From an uncultured Gemmatimonadales bacterium (GTDB taxonomy: Bacteria > Gemmatimonadota > Gemmatimonadetes > Gemmatimonadales > JACORV01), in assembly GCA_963835535.1 (NCBI GenBank), contig CAWIFL010000004.1, positions 192,328-256,327 of the forward strand: a stretch of DNA of 64,000 nucleotides, read 5' to 3'. Of this stretch, positions 8,841 through 17,951 are shown one piece after another; the stretch's first letter is position 1; each line of letters starts with the position of its first letter. The notes beneath the pieces were generated by a model. It made no database searches and was not told where the DNA came from. It saw nothing but the letters and a program-made list of their open reading frames with translations. The position numbers and the translations under genes are program-made.

Positions 8841-10505
8841 ATGCGACTGGCACTGCCGGCTTCGGCCGGCGCGTTCCTCACCGTCGCGCTCGCCGTTTCC
8901 TCACCCTGCCGCGCCCAGGAAGGCACGTGGGCGCTGACCAACGTCCGCATCGAGACGGTGACGAAGGGCGTGATCGAGCACGGCACCATCGTGGTGCGCG
9001 ACGGCTTGATCCAGGCCGTCGGCGCCGACGTGACGCCGCCGGCGGACGTGCGGGTCCTCGATCTGAGCGGACGCACCGTCTATCCAGGGATCATCGATCT
9101 CATCTCCACCCTCGGCCTCCCCACCGCTCCGGCGCAGGGCGCCCGCGGCGGCGGCGGAGGGACCCCGGCTGCGACCGAATCCACGCCGGCCGGCCTCCAG
9201 CCGGCCCGGATGATCGCGGATGAGATCAAGGCCACGCCGGCGGACATCAGGAGTCTGCGCGACGGCGGCATCACCGCCGTGCTGGTCGCGCCGGCGCGCG
9301 GGGCCTTTCGCGGCCTCTCGGCGCTCGTGCCGCTCGAGGATAGCCTCACGGAGCAGGCCGTCATCCGGTCGCCCGTGGCCGAGAACCTCGGATACGACGG
9401 CGTGCAGGGCCGCTATCCGGAGACGATGCTCGCCGTGATCGCGTACGAGCGCCAGGCGTTCTACGACGCGCAACACCAGGCGCTGCTGCTCGACCGGTAC
9501 CGCGCCAACCCGGTCGGAATGGAACGCCCGGCCTACGACGTGCAGCTGGCGGCGCTGATCCCGGTCCTGAAAGGGGATCTGCCCGCCTTCTTCTTCGCGA
9601 AGAACGAGAACGAGATCCGCCGCGCCGTGCGGATCGGGCGTGAGTTCGGTCTCAAGCTGACGGTGGTCGGCGCCACGGAGGGATTCCGCGCCACCGACGC
9701 GTTGAAGGCGACGGGACAGCCGGTCGTGGTGTCGGTCGATTTCCCCAAGCCGCCCGAAGTGACGGGGTGGCAGTATCGCTGGACCGAGCGTCATGCACCC
9801 GGCGACAGCGCGGAGGCGGACAGTGCCGCGCGGCCGATCATCGAGGGGAACGCGGCGGCGCTGAACAGCGCCGGAATCCGCTTCGCCCTCAGCTCCGGCG
9901 GCTCGCTGCACTCGACGGAGTTCCTGGCCAACGTGCGCAAGGCGATCAAGGCGGGGCTGCCGCGCGACGTGGCGCTCCAGGCGCTGACCATCCGCCCGGC
10001 CGAGATCGCGGGCGTGGCGGCGCAGCTCGGCAGCATCGAGCCGGGCAAGATCGCCAACCTGGTGGTGACCGAAGGGGACCTGCTGGGAGACAGCGCGAAG
10101 GTCCGCGCGGTCTTCGTCGACGGCGCGCGGTACGAGGTGGTCGCGCCGCCCGCGGCCCCGGCCGGTCGGGAACGTGGCGCGGCAGGCGGCGCCGAGCCGG
10201 CCGACGTCGGCGGCACGTGGGATCTGTCGGTGAGCACGCCGCAGGGCACCAACCAGGCGACGTTGACCCTGACCCAGAGCGGCGCCTCCATCACCGGCCA
10301 GCTCACGAGCGAGATGGGGAGCGCGGCCGTGGACAACGGCGAAGTCGCCGGCAGCTCGGTCAGCTGGAGCACCACGCTCACCATGGGCGGGCAGAGCATG
10401 ACCATCACCTTCCACGGCGACGTCGAGGGGAACCGGATGAGCGGCTCGGCCGACATGCCGGGCATGGGATCGGCGAGCTTCACGGCCCAGAAGAGGAACC
10501 CATGA
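8841..10505 (+). CDS. Exported amidohydrolase-family protein lacking the HxH metal motif, with a C-terminal beta-rich extension
   Basis: Signal peptide ending SSPCRAQE. The amidohydrolase fold start reads VYPGIIDLISTLGL where HxH is expected. An extra ~110-aa Gly/Ser/Thr-rich C-terminal domain is present. Confidence 0.8.
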   Translation: MRLALPASAGAFLTVALAVSSPCRAQEGTWALTNVRIETVTKGVIEHGTIVVRDGLIQAVGADVTPPADVRVLDLSGRTVYPGIIDLISTLGLPTAPAQGARGGGGGTPAATESTPAGLQPARMIADEIKATPADIRSLRDGGITAVLVAPARGAFRGLSALVPLEDSLTEQAVIRSPVAENLGYDGVQGRYPETMLAVIAYERQAFYDAQHQALLLDRYRANPVGMERPAYDVQLAALIPVLKGDLPAFFFAKNENEIRRAVRIGREFGLKLTVVGATEGFRATDALKATGQPVVVSVDFPKPPEVTGWQYRWTERHAPGDSAEADSAARPIIEGNAAALNSAGIRFALSSGGSLHSTEFLANVRKAIKAGLPRDVALQALTIRPAEIAGVAAQLGSIEPGKIANLVVTEGDLLGDSAKVRAVFVDGARYEVVAPPAAPAGRERGAAGGAEPADVGGTWDLSVSTPQGTNQATLTLTQSGASITGQLTSEMGSAAVDNGEVAGSSVSWSTTLTMGGQSMTITFHGDVEGNRMSGSADMPGMGSASFTAQKRNP

Positions 10506-11899
10506 ACAAGTGCCAGTTGCGAGACGCCAAGTTGCGAGGGGTCGCCGCAGCGCTGATTTCCGTGGTTGCCGCAGCGTCTCTCGCGGCCCAGGAGCCGGCG
10601 CCGTTCACGATGCCGATCCCGCCGGCGGCGCATCTCGTGGCGATCACCAACGCCACGATCCTCACGGTGAGCCACGGCACGATCCCCCGCGGCACGATCG
10701 TGATCCGCGAGGGGAAGATCGCGGCGGTGGGGGCCGACGTCGCCGTGCCGCCGGGCGCGCAGGTCATCGACGCGACGGGCCGCTACGTGATGCCCGGCAT
10801 CATCGACGAGCATTCGCACAGCGCCATCGAGGTGGTCAACGAGATCACCAACGCAATCGACCCCGAGGTGCGGATGGCCGACGTGGTCAAGGAGGACATG
10901 CCGACGATCTACTGGCAGCTGGCGGGGGGCGTGACGATGATGCACGTCCTGCACGGCTCGGCCAACGCCATCGGCGGCCAGAACACCCTGCTGAAGCTGC
11001 GGTGGGGGCTGCCGGTGGACAGCCTCTTCTTCGAGGGTGCGCCGCCGACCATCAAGTTCGCCCTCGGCGAGAACCCGAAGGAATCCAACTTCGAGGCCAT
11101 CCCCGGCCATCCCCGCTATCCGCAGACCCGGATGGGGGTCGAGGAGATCATTCGCGACGCTTTCACCAGGGCCGTGGCGTACCGCACTGAGTGGCAGCAG
11201 TACGAAGCCGCGCGACGCGCGCTGCGGCGGGGCCAGGTGGAGCCGATTCCGCCGCGGCGGGATCTCCAGCTCGATGCGCTGGTCGAGATCATGGACGGCC
11301 GGCGGCTGGTGAACGCGCACTGCTACCGCGCCGACGAGATCCTGATGCTGCTCAAGGTGGCCCACGACTTTGGCTGGCGCGTGGCCAGCCTCGAGCACGG
11401 GCTGGAGGGATACAAGGTGGCCGACGAGATCGCGGCGGCCGGCACGGCCGTATCGACTTTTTCGGATATGTGGGGCTACAAATTGGAGGCGTACGACGCC
11501 ATCCCGCAGAACGCGGCGCTGCTGACGCAGCACGGCGTCGTGGTGGCGATCAACTCGGACGACGACGAGCGGGCGCGCCGGCTCTACCAGGACGCCGCCA
11601 AGACGATGCACTTCGGTGGCGCGTCGGAGACGGACGCGCTCAAGATGATCACCCTGAATCCGGCCCGGATCCTGGGCATCGAGAACCGGGTCGGCTCGAT
11701 CGACGTCGGGAAGGACGCCGATCTCGCGATCTTCAGCGGGCATCCGTTCGCGCCTGCGTCGCGGGTCGAGATGACGCTGGTGGACGGACGGGTCTTCTTC
11801 GACCGGACCACGGCGCCCACCCTGGAGCACGAGATACAGCAGCTCCAGGAGCAGCGGCAGCATCGGGGACCGGCCGCAGCGGGAAGGGGGGCACAGTGA
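10502..11899 (+). CDS. Exported amidohydrolase (intact HxH metal-binding motif)
   Basis: VMPGIIDEHSHSAIE (HxH present). ATGA overlap with the upstream stop. In-frame alternative TTG starts lie at 10517 and 10532. The N-terminus overlaps repeat B4. Confidence 0.85.
   Translation: MNKCQLRDAKLRGVAAALISVVAAASLAAQEPAPFTMPIPPAAHLVAITNATILTVSHGTIPRGTIVIREGKIAAVGADVAVPPGAQVIDATGRYVMPGIIDEHSHSAIEVVNEITNAIDPEVRMADVVKEDMPTIYWQLAGGVTMMHVLHGSANAIGGQNTLLKLRWGLPVDSLFFEGAPPTIKFALGENPKESNFEAIPGHPRYPQTRMGVEEIIRDAFTRAVAYRTEWQQYEAARRALRRGQVEPIPPRRDLQLDALVEIMDGRRLVNAHCYRADEILMLLKVAHDFGWRVASLEHGLEGYKVADEIAAAGTAVSTFSDMWGYKLEAYDAIPQNAALLTQHGVVVAINSDDDERARRLYQDAAKTMHFGGASETDALKMITLNPARILGIENRVGSIDVGKDADLAIFSGHPFAPASRVEMTLVDGRVFFDRTTAPTLEHEIQQLQEQRQHRGPAAAGRGAQ
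10512..10541 (+). repeat. GTTGCGAG-variant short repeat element, copy B4
   Basis: gccagttgcgagacgccaagttgcgagggg is closely similar to the minus-strand half of the element at 27385-27445. Confidence 0.65.
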
Positions 11900-13227
11900 G
11901 ACCGGACGCACGGACGCACCGACGCACGGACGCACGGGGGTTCGTGCTGGCAGCGGCGCTGCTCATTGCGGGAGCGCCGGCGCTCCACGCGCAATCCGCG
12001 ACGGGTGTGGCGGTGTCCGCGCGCGGCTGGGCGATCCGCAACGTCACCATCGTGCCCGTCACCGGGCCGCGGATCGAGCGAGGCACCGTCGTGATCCGCA
12101 ACGGCAAGATCGAGGCGGCCGGCGCCAACGCCGCGCCCCAGCCAGGCGACTCGGTGCTGGACGGCAGCGGCCTGTTCGTCTATCCCGGCATGATCGACGC
12201 CGGCACTCGGCTCGGCCTCAGCGAGATCAACTCGGTCCCCGGCGGCGAGGATCAGCAGGAGCTGGGCGAGTTCAATCCGCAGGACGCGGCGCTCATCGCC
12301 GTCAATCCCAATTCCGCGCCGATCCCGGTCACGCGCAGCAACGGCGTGACCACCGCGATCACCTCGCCGCGCGGCGGCCTGGTGAGCGGGCAGGCGGCGC
12401 TGCTGGATCTGCTCGGGTGGACGCCGCAGGAGATGGCGGTGCGGGCCCCGGCCGCGATGGTGATGACGTACCCGAGCACCGGCGGCGGCGGTCGCTTCCG
12501 GCGGGCGCGGCAGGCCCCTGGCGACCAGACCAACCGGCAGGTGCTGGCGCTCAAGGCATTCCTGGGTGACGCGAAGGCGTACGCCGACATCAAGGCACGG
12601 CTCGCAGCCGGGGCGCCGGGGTCGCAGAAGACGGATCTCGGGATGGAAGCCATGGTGCCGGTGATGCGCGGCGACGAGCCCGTGATCTTCGACGTGGAGA
12701 CCGCCGAGCAGATCCGCGGCGTCATGGCGCTGGCCGACAGCTTCGGTCTCAAGGTGATCCTGCGGGGCGCGCACGAGGCGTGGCAGCTCGCCGACACGCT
12801 GGCCGCGCGGCACATCCCCGTCATCGTGGGTCCGACAACCACCGGGGTCGCCCCCGACGATCCGTACGACGAGATCTACGCCAACCCCGGCGTGCTCGCG
12901 AAGGCGGGCGTCACGATCGCGTTCCAGACGAACGACGCTCACAGCTCGCGCGACCTGCCGTACAACGCCGCGCTCGCCGAGGCCTACGGGCTCCCGGCCG
13001 ACGACGCGCTCAAAGCACTCACGATCAACGCCGCCCAGATCTTCGGCGTGGCCGACCGCCTGGGGAGCATCGAGCCCGGGAAGGAAGCCACGTTGATCGT
13101 GACGGACGGCGATCCCCTCGACGCCCGCTATGGACCGAAGTACGTCTTCATCCGCGGTGAGCTGGTGCCCTTCAACGACCGGCATACGCGGTTGTACGAG
13201 GAGTTCCGCGCCCGCCCCAAGCCGTAA
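11896..13227 (+). CDS. Exported amidohydrolase-family protein lacking the HxH metal motif
   Basis: GTGA overlap with the upstream stop. Signal peptide FVLAAALLIAGAPALHAQS. VYPGMIDAGTRLGL replaces HxH. The N-terminal codons are made of octamer repeat C1. Confidence 0.8.
   Translation: MRPDARTHRRTDARGFVLAAALLIAGAPALHAQSATGVAVSARGWAIRNVTIVPVTGPRIERGTVVIRNGKIEAAGANAAPQPGDSVLDGSGLFVYPGMIDAGTRLGLSEINSVPGGEDQQELGEFNPQDAALIAVNPNSAPIPVTRSNGVTTAITSPRGGLVSGQAALLDLLGWTPQEMAVRAPAAMVMTYPSTGGGGRFRRARQAPGDQTNRQVLALKAFLGDAKAYADIKARLAAGAPGSQKTDLGMEAMVPVMRGDEPVIFDVETAEQIRGVMALADSFGLKVILRGAHEAWQLADTLAARHIPVIVGPTTTGVAPDDPYDEIYANPGVLAKAGVTIAFQTNDAHSSRDLPYNAALAEAYGLPADDALKALTINAAQIFGVADRLGSIEPGKEATLIVTDGDPLDARYGPKYVFIRGELVPFNDRHTRLYEEFRARPKP
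11902..11940 (+). repeat. GGACGCAC octamer-repeat element, copy C1
   Basis: ccGGACGCACGGACGCACCGACGCACGGACGCACggggg is 38/39 identical to the reverse complement of 57304-57342. Confidence 0.85.
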
Positions 13228-13253
13228 GGCGGGACGCGCGGTTCGGTGTTCTC

Positions 13254-13293
13254 GAGGGGCCGGAGCAGCCGTCCGGCCCCTCCGCTCTTGTGG
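13254..13293 (+). terminator. Rho-independent terminator after the amidohydrolase operon
   Basis: 10-bp GC stem GAGGGGCCGG / CCGGCCCCTC with a 9-nt loop, followed by cgctcttgtgg. Confidence 0.55.
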
Positions 13294-13376
13294 CGAAGCA
13301 AAGCCATTTGCGGCCCCCGGCAAACCCCGGCGCGTTTCTTGCAATTCCTGGGGCCTGGACCCATCCCCCTCCCGGA

Positions 13377-14510
13377 GTGGTGACGGTGGCCCAGTACACA
13401 ATCGCCTGGCTGCCGGGCGACGGCATCGGCAAGGACGTCATGGACGCGGCACGGCTCGTCCTCGACGAGCTGAAGCTCGACGCGGCGTACCCCCAGGGCG
13501 ACATCGGCTGGGAGTTCTGGTGCCGGGAGGGCGATGCCTTCCCGCCGCGGACGGTCGAGCTGCTGAAGCGGGTGGACGCGGCGATGTTCGGCGCCATCAC
13601 CTCCAAACCGGCGAAGGCTGCGGAGGCGGAGCTCGCGCCGCAGCTGCGGGGCAAGGGGCTGGTCTACCGCTCGCCGATCGTGCGGATGCGGCAGATGTTC
13701 GACCTGTACGTCTGCCTCCGCCCGTGCAAGGCGTACGCGGGGAACCCGCTCAACTTCAAGGAGGGGATCGACCTCGTCATCTTCCGCGAGAACACGGAGG
13801 ACCTGTACGCCGGGGTCGAGTTCAGTCCGGTGCCGGCCGAGCTGTCGGCCGCGCTGGCGAAGCTGAGCAAGCCGTTCGCGCCGTTCAAGGACCTCCCCGC
13901 CGACGCCTACGCGGTCTCCTGCAAGGTCAACACGAAGAAGGGCAGCGAGCGCATCGTGCGCGCCGCGTTCGAGTACGCCAGGGAGAACGGGCGGAAGAAG
14001 GTCACGGTGGTCCACAAGGCCAACGTCGTGCGCGCGACGGACGGCCTCTTCCTCGAGGAGGCGCGCAAGGTCGCGGCCGCGTATCCCGGCATCGCCATGG
14101 ACGAGGCGAACGTGGACGCGATCTGCATGTGGCTCCTCAAGAACCCGAAGAGCTACGAGGTCCTGGTCGCTCCGAACCTGTACGGCGACATCATCTCCGA
14201 CCTCGCCGCCCAGATGGTGGGCGGGCTCGGCTTCGCCTGTTCCGGCAACATCGGGGAGAAGCTGGCGGTGTTCGAGCCGTCGCACGGCTCGGCGCCGAAG
14301 TACGCGGGCCAGTACAAGGTCAATCCGCTCGCCACCATCCTCGCGGCGAAGATGATGCTCGACTGGCTGGGCGAGGCCGAGAAGGCCGCCCGCCTCGAGC
14401 GTGCGGTGGCCGCGGTGATCCGTGAGGGCAAGGCGCGCACCTACGACATGGGCGGGACGAGCACGACCCTCGAGGTGGCCGAGGCCGTCGTGCGCGCGCT
14501 GAGGGCCTGA
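13377..14510 (+). CDS. Isocitrate/isopropylmalate dehydrogenase family oxidative decarboxylase
   Basis: LPGDGIGKDV N-terminal motif, IFRENTEDLYAG, NLYGDIISDLAA and EPSHGSAPKYAG. Start is uncertain (GTG at 13377, 13380 or 13386; GGAG at 13374). The track ORF starts at 13290. Confidence 0.85.
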   Translation: MVTVAQYTIAWLPGDGIGKDVMDAARLVLDELKLDAAYPQGDIGWEFWCREGDAFPPRTVELLKRVDAAMFGAITSKPAKAAEAELAPQLRGKGLVYRSPIVRMRQMFDLYVCLRPCKAYAGNPLNFKEGIDLVIFRENTEDLYAGVEFSPVPAELSAALAKLSKPFAPFKDLPADAYAVSCKVNTKKGSERIVRAAFEYARENGRKKVTVVHKANVVRATDGLFLEEARKVAAAYPGIAMDEANVDAICMWLLKNPKSYEVLVAPNLYGDIISDLAAQMVGGLGFACSGNIGEKLAVFEPSHGSAPKYAGQYKVNPLATILAAKMMLDWLGEAEKAARLERAVAAVIREGKARTYDMGGTSTTLEVAEAVVRALRA

Positions 14511-14514
14511 GGGC

Positions 14515-15438
14515 GTGGCGACGGCGGCGCGGAAGATCGTCCTCCACGAGGTGGGGCCCAGGGACGGGCTGCAGATGGAGCGGCAGGTCGTCCCGACGGA
14601 GCAGAAGCTGCGCTGGATCCGCTCGCTGATCGCGACCGGGGTGGACGTGGTGCAGGTCGGCTCGTTCGTGCACCCGGAGAAGGTGCCGCAGATGGCCGAC
14701 ACCGACCGGCTCTTCGCCGAGCTGGGGCGGACGGACGGCGTGGCCCTCTCGGCGCTGGTCCTGAACGAGCGCGGCCTCGAGCGGGCGCAGGCGGCGGGCG
14801 TCGAGCTGCTCTGCCTGGGCGTCTCGGCGAGCGAGACCCACTCGCGCAAGAACACGGGGATGGGGATCGCGGAGGCGACCGACCGCATCCTCGCGATCGC
14901 CTGTCGCGCGCTCGACGCCGGGATGCGGGTGCAGGTGTCGGTGCAGTCCGCCTTCGGATGCGGGTACGAGGGGCCGGTGCCGGAGGAGCGCGTGCTCAGG
15001 CTCGCCGCCCGATTCCTCGAGGCCGGGTTCACCCACCTGAGCCTCGCGGACACGGCGGGGCACGCGGTCCCCGACCGCGTCGAGCGACTGTTCGAGGCGG
15101 TGCTGGCCCTGGGCCCGGGCGTAGAGGCCGCCTGCCACTTCCACAACACCTACGGCCTCGCGCTGGCGAACTGCTGGGCGGCGTACGGTGCGGGGGTGAC
15201 CTCGTTCGAGTCGTCCGTCGCGGGACTCGGCGGCTGCCCGTTCACGAAGATCGCCGGGGGCAACACGTGCACCGAGGACTTCGTGCACATGCTCCAGGCG
15301 ATGGGGCTGAGGACGGACGTGAAGCTCGATGCGCTGATCGACGTCGCCAACGACGTCGCGCGCTTCTTCGGGCGCGAGATGCCGGGGACCGTCTACCGCG
15401 CGGGGACGATCGCGCAGGCGGTGGGAGCGAAGGGATGA
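14515..15438 (+). CDS. HMG-CoA lyase family (DRE-TIM) acyl-CoA lyase
   Basis: 307 aa. HEVGPRDGLQ signature, and HFHNTYG near the metal site. Confidence 0.85.
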   Translation: MATAARKIVLHEVGPRDGLQMERQVVPTEQKLRWIRSLIATGVDVVQVGSFVHPEKVPQMADTDRLFAELGRTDGVALSALVLNERGLERAQAAGVELLCLGVSASETHSRKNTGMGIAEATDRILAIACRALDAGMRVQVSVQSAFGCGYEGPVPEERVLRLAARFLEAGFTHLSLADTAGHAVPDRVERLFEAVLALGPGVEAACHFHNTYGLALANCWAAYGAGVTSFESSVAGLGGCPFTKIAGGNTCTEDFVHMLQAMGLRTDVKLDALIDVANDVARFFGREMPGTVYRAGTIAQAVGAKG

Positions 15439-16637
15439 CGACACCGAAGCTGCTGGACGGCATCCGGGTGCTGGACCTGACGAACGTGCTGTCGGGCCCG
15501 TTCGCCACGCTGCACCTCGCGCTGCTGGGCGCCGAGGTGATCAAGATCGAGAACCCGGTGGACGGCGATCTCGCGCGGAAGCTGGGCAACGTCCCCGAGC
15601 TGAACGACCGGCTGATGGGGACGAGCTTCCTCGCGCAGAACGCGAACAAGAAGTCGATGACGCTCAACCTCAAGGAGCGCGAGGCGCGCGAGATCTTCTT
15701 CAAGCTCGTGCGGACCGCGGACGTGGTCGTCGAGAACTTCCGGCCCGGCGTGATGGACCGGCTGGGGCTGTCGTACCAGCGGCTGCGCGAGGCGAAGCAC
15801 GATCTGGTCTACTGCGCGATCTCCGGCTTCGGGCAGACGGGGCCGGACGCGCTGAAGCCGGCCTACGACCAGATCATCCAGGGCCTCTCCGGGATCATGG
15901 CGATCAACGGCGACGAGCGGCTCAATCCGCTGCGCTGCGGCTTCCCGGTGTGCGACACGGTGGGCGGGCTCAACGCCGCCTTCGCGATCATGGGGGCCCT
16001 CTACTACCGCGAGCGCACGGGCGAAGGGCAGTGCATCGACATCGCGCTGGTCGACTCGATCATGCCGCTGATGGGGTGGGTCGCGGCCAACCTGCTGATC
16101 GGCGGCCAGCAGCCGCAGCTGCTGGGCAACGACAACTTCACCGCGGCCCCGTCGGGCACCTTCGACACCGCGGACGGGGCGATCAACATCGCGGCGAACA
16201 AGCAGGAGCAATGGGAAGCGGTGGCCGACGCGCTGGGCGTCCCGGAGCTCAAGACCGACGCGCGTTTCGCCGGGCGCGACGCGCGGAAGAGGAACCGGAA
16301 GGCGCTGACCCCGCTGCTGGAGGCGAAGCTCAAGCAGCGGCCGACCGCCCACTGGGTGGAGGCGCTGAACGCGCGGGGCGTCCCGTCGGGGGCGATCCTC
16401 CCGCTGGAGGCCGCGCTCACGCAGGAGCAGATCGCGCACCGGGGCGTGATCCAGACGGTCTGCGCGGAGGGCCTCGGGGAGCTGAAGCTGTTCAACCTGA
16501 CGGCGAAGTTCGAGAAGACACCCGGGGCGATCGAAGCGGCGCCGCCGCGGCTCTCCGGCCACACGGAGGAGATCCTGACCGGCCTGGGGTGCGGGCCGGA
16601 GGAGATCGCGCGGCTCAAGGCGCAGGGCATCGTTTAA
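15435..16637 (+). CDS. Class III (CaiB/BaiF) CoA-transferase
   Basis: N-terminus LDGIRVLDLTNVLSGPFATLHLALLGAEVIKIE. Candidate catalytic Asp context FPVCDTVGG. ATGA overlap with the lyase gene. Confidence 0.85.
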   Translation: MTTPKLLDGIRVLDLTNVLSGPFATLHLALLGAEVIKIENPVDGDLARKLGNVPELNDRLMGTSFLAQNANKKSMTLNLKEREAREIFFKLVRTADVVVENFRPGVMDRLGLSYQRLREAKHDLVYCAISGFGQTGPDALKPAYDQIIQGLSGIMAINGDERLNPLRCGFPVCDTVGGLNAAFAIMGALYYRERTGEGQCIDIALVDSIMPLMGWVAANLLIGGQQPQLLGNDNFTAAPSGTFDTADGAINIAANKQEQWEAVADALGVPELKTDARFAGRDARKRNRKALTPLLEAKLKQRPTAHWVEALNARGVPSGAILPLEAALTQEQIAHRGVIQTVCAEGLGELKLFNLTAKFEKTPGAIEAAPPRLSGHTEEILTGLGCGPEEIARLKAQGIV

Positions 16638-16655
16638 GGCGAAGGAGCGTTCGGT

Positions 16656-17951
16656 ATGGGCATGACCGTCGTGCAGAAGGCCCTGGCGAGAGCCACGGGC
16701 CGGCGGATGGTGGCGATCGGGGACGTCGTCGAGCCCGCCGTGGACCTGGCGATGAGCCACGAGAACGCGGCGCTCGTGATCAACCAGTTCCTCGAGGTCT
16801 ACGAGGGGACCGGGCTCGAGCCGAAGCCGTGGGACCCTTCGAAGATCGCCATCGTCTTCGACCACCGCGTGCCGGCGGAAACCCCGAAGACTGCGACGAA
16901 CCAGAAGAAGGTGCGGGAGTTCGTCGCGGCGCAGGGGATCACGAAGTTCCACGACATCCGCGGTGACGAGGGCGGCATCTGCCATCAGGTGCTCCCCGAG
17001 AACGGCTACGTGCGGCCGGGCCACGTCGTCGTGGGCACCGACTCGCATACCACCAGCCACGGGGCGCTCGGCGCCTTCGCCTTCGGCATCGGGGCCACCG
17101 AGATGGCCAGCGTCTGGGCGCTGGGCTACGCGATGAACGTCGAGGTGCCGGGCACCATCAAGGTCGAGGTGACCGGAGCCCTGCCGGACTTCGTGGCGCC
17201 GAAGGACGTGATCCTGCAGCTGGTCGGCCGGCTCGGCGCCGGGGGCGCGACCTTCCACGTGCTGGAGTTCCACGGCGAAACGATACGGACGATGCCCACC
17301 TCCGGCAGGCTGACGCTGTGCAACATGGCGGTCGAGGCGGGGGCGACGTCCGGCATCGTGCCGGCGGACGAGGAGACGCTGCGCTACCTGCGGGAGGAGG
17401 CCGGCGTCACCGAGTACGTAGACATGATGGTGCCCGAACCCGACGCCCCCTACGAGCGCATCGTGCAGCTCGACGTGTCGAAGCTGGAGCCCCAGATCGC
17501 GTGCCCGCATACCGTCGACAACGTGCGGCCGGTCTCGAGCGTGGCCGGCACCAGGGTGCACCAGGTGGTCATCGGCTCGTGCACCAACGGCCGGCTGGAC
17601 GACATCGCTATGGCCGCCCGGATCCTCAAGGGGAAGAAGGTCGCGCGCGGCACGCGGATGCTCGTCTTCCCCGCCTCGGGGCGCATCTACCAGCAGGCGG
17701 TGGCCGCGGGCTACGTCGGCGACCTGATGCAAGCGGGAGCGGTCGTGATGAACGCGGGGTGCGGCCCCTGCCTCGGCGTGCACGAGGGCGCGCTCGGCGA
17801 CGGGGAGGTCGCGCTCTCCACCACGAACCGCAACTTCAAGGGGCGGATGGGGAATCCGGCGTCGGAGGTCTACCTCTGCTCGCCGGCGGTGGCGGCCGCG
17901 TCGGCGGTGACCGGCGTCATCACCGATCCGAGGAACGGAGGCACGGCATGA
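16656..17951 (+). CDS. Aconitase-family dehydratase large subunit (LeuC/HacA-like)
   Basis: 431 aa. GTDSHT, GSCTNGR and GCGPCLG (three Fe-S cysteines), TNRNFKGRMG. AAGGAG RBS at 16642-16647. Confidence 0.85.
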   Translation: MGMTVVQKALARATGRRMVAIGDVVEPAVDLAMSHENAALVINQFLEVYEGTGLEPKPWDPSKIAIVFDHRVPAETPKTATNQKKVREFVAAQGITKFHDIRGDEGGICHQVLPENGYVRPGHVVVGTDSHTTSHGALGAFAFGIGATEMASVWALGYAMNVEVPGTIKVEVTGALPDFVAPKDVILQLVGRLGAGGATFHVLEFHGETIRTMPTSGRLTLCNMAVEAGATSGIVPADEETLRYLREEAGVTEYVDMMVPEPDAPYERIVQLDVSKLEPQIACPHTVDNVRPVSSVAGTRVHQVVIGSCTNGRLDDIAMAARILKGKKVARGTRMLVFPASGRIYQQAVAAGYVGDLMQAGAVVMNAGCGPCLGVHEGALGDGEVALSTTNRNFKGRMGNPASEVYLCSPAVAAASAVTGVITDPRNGGTA

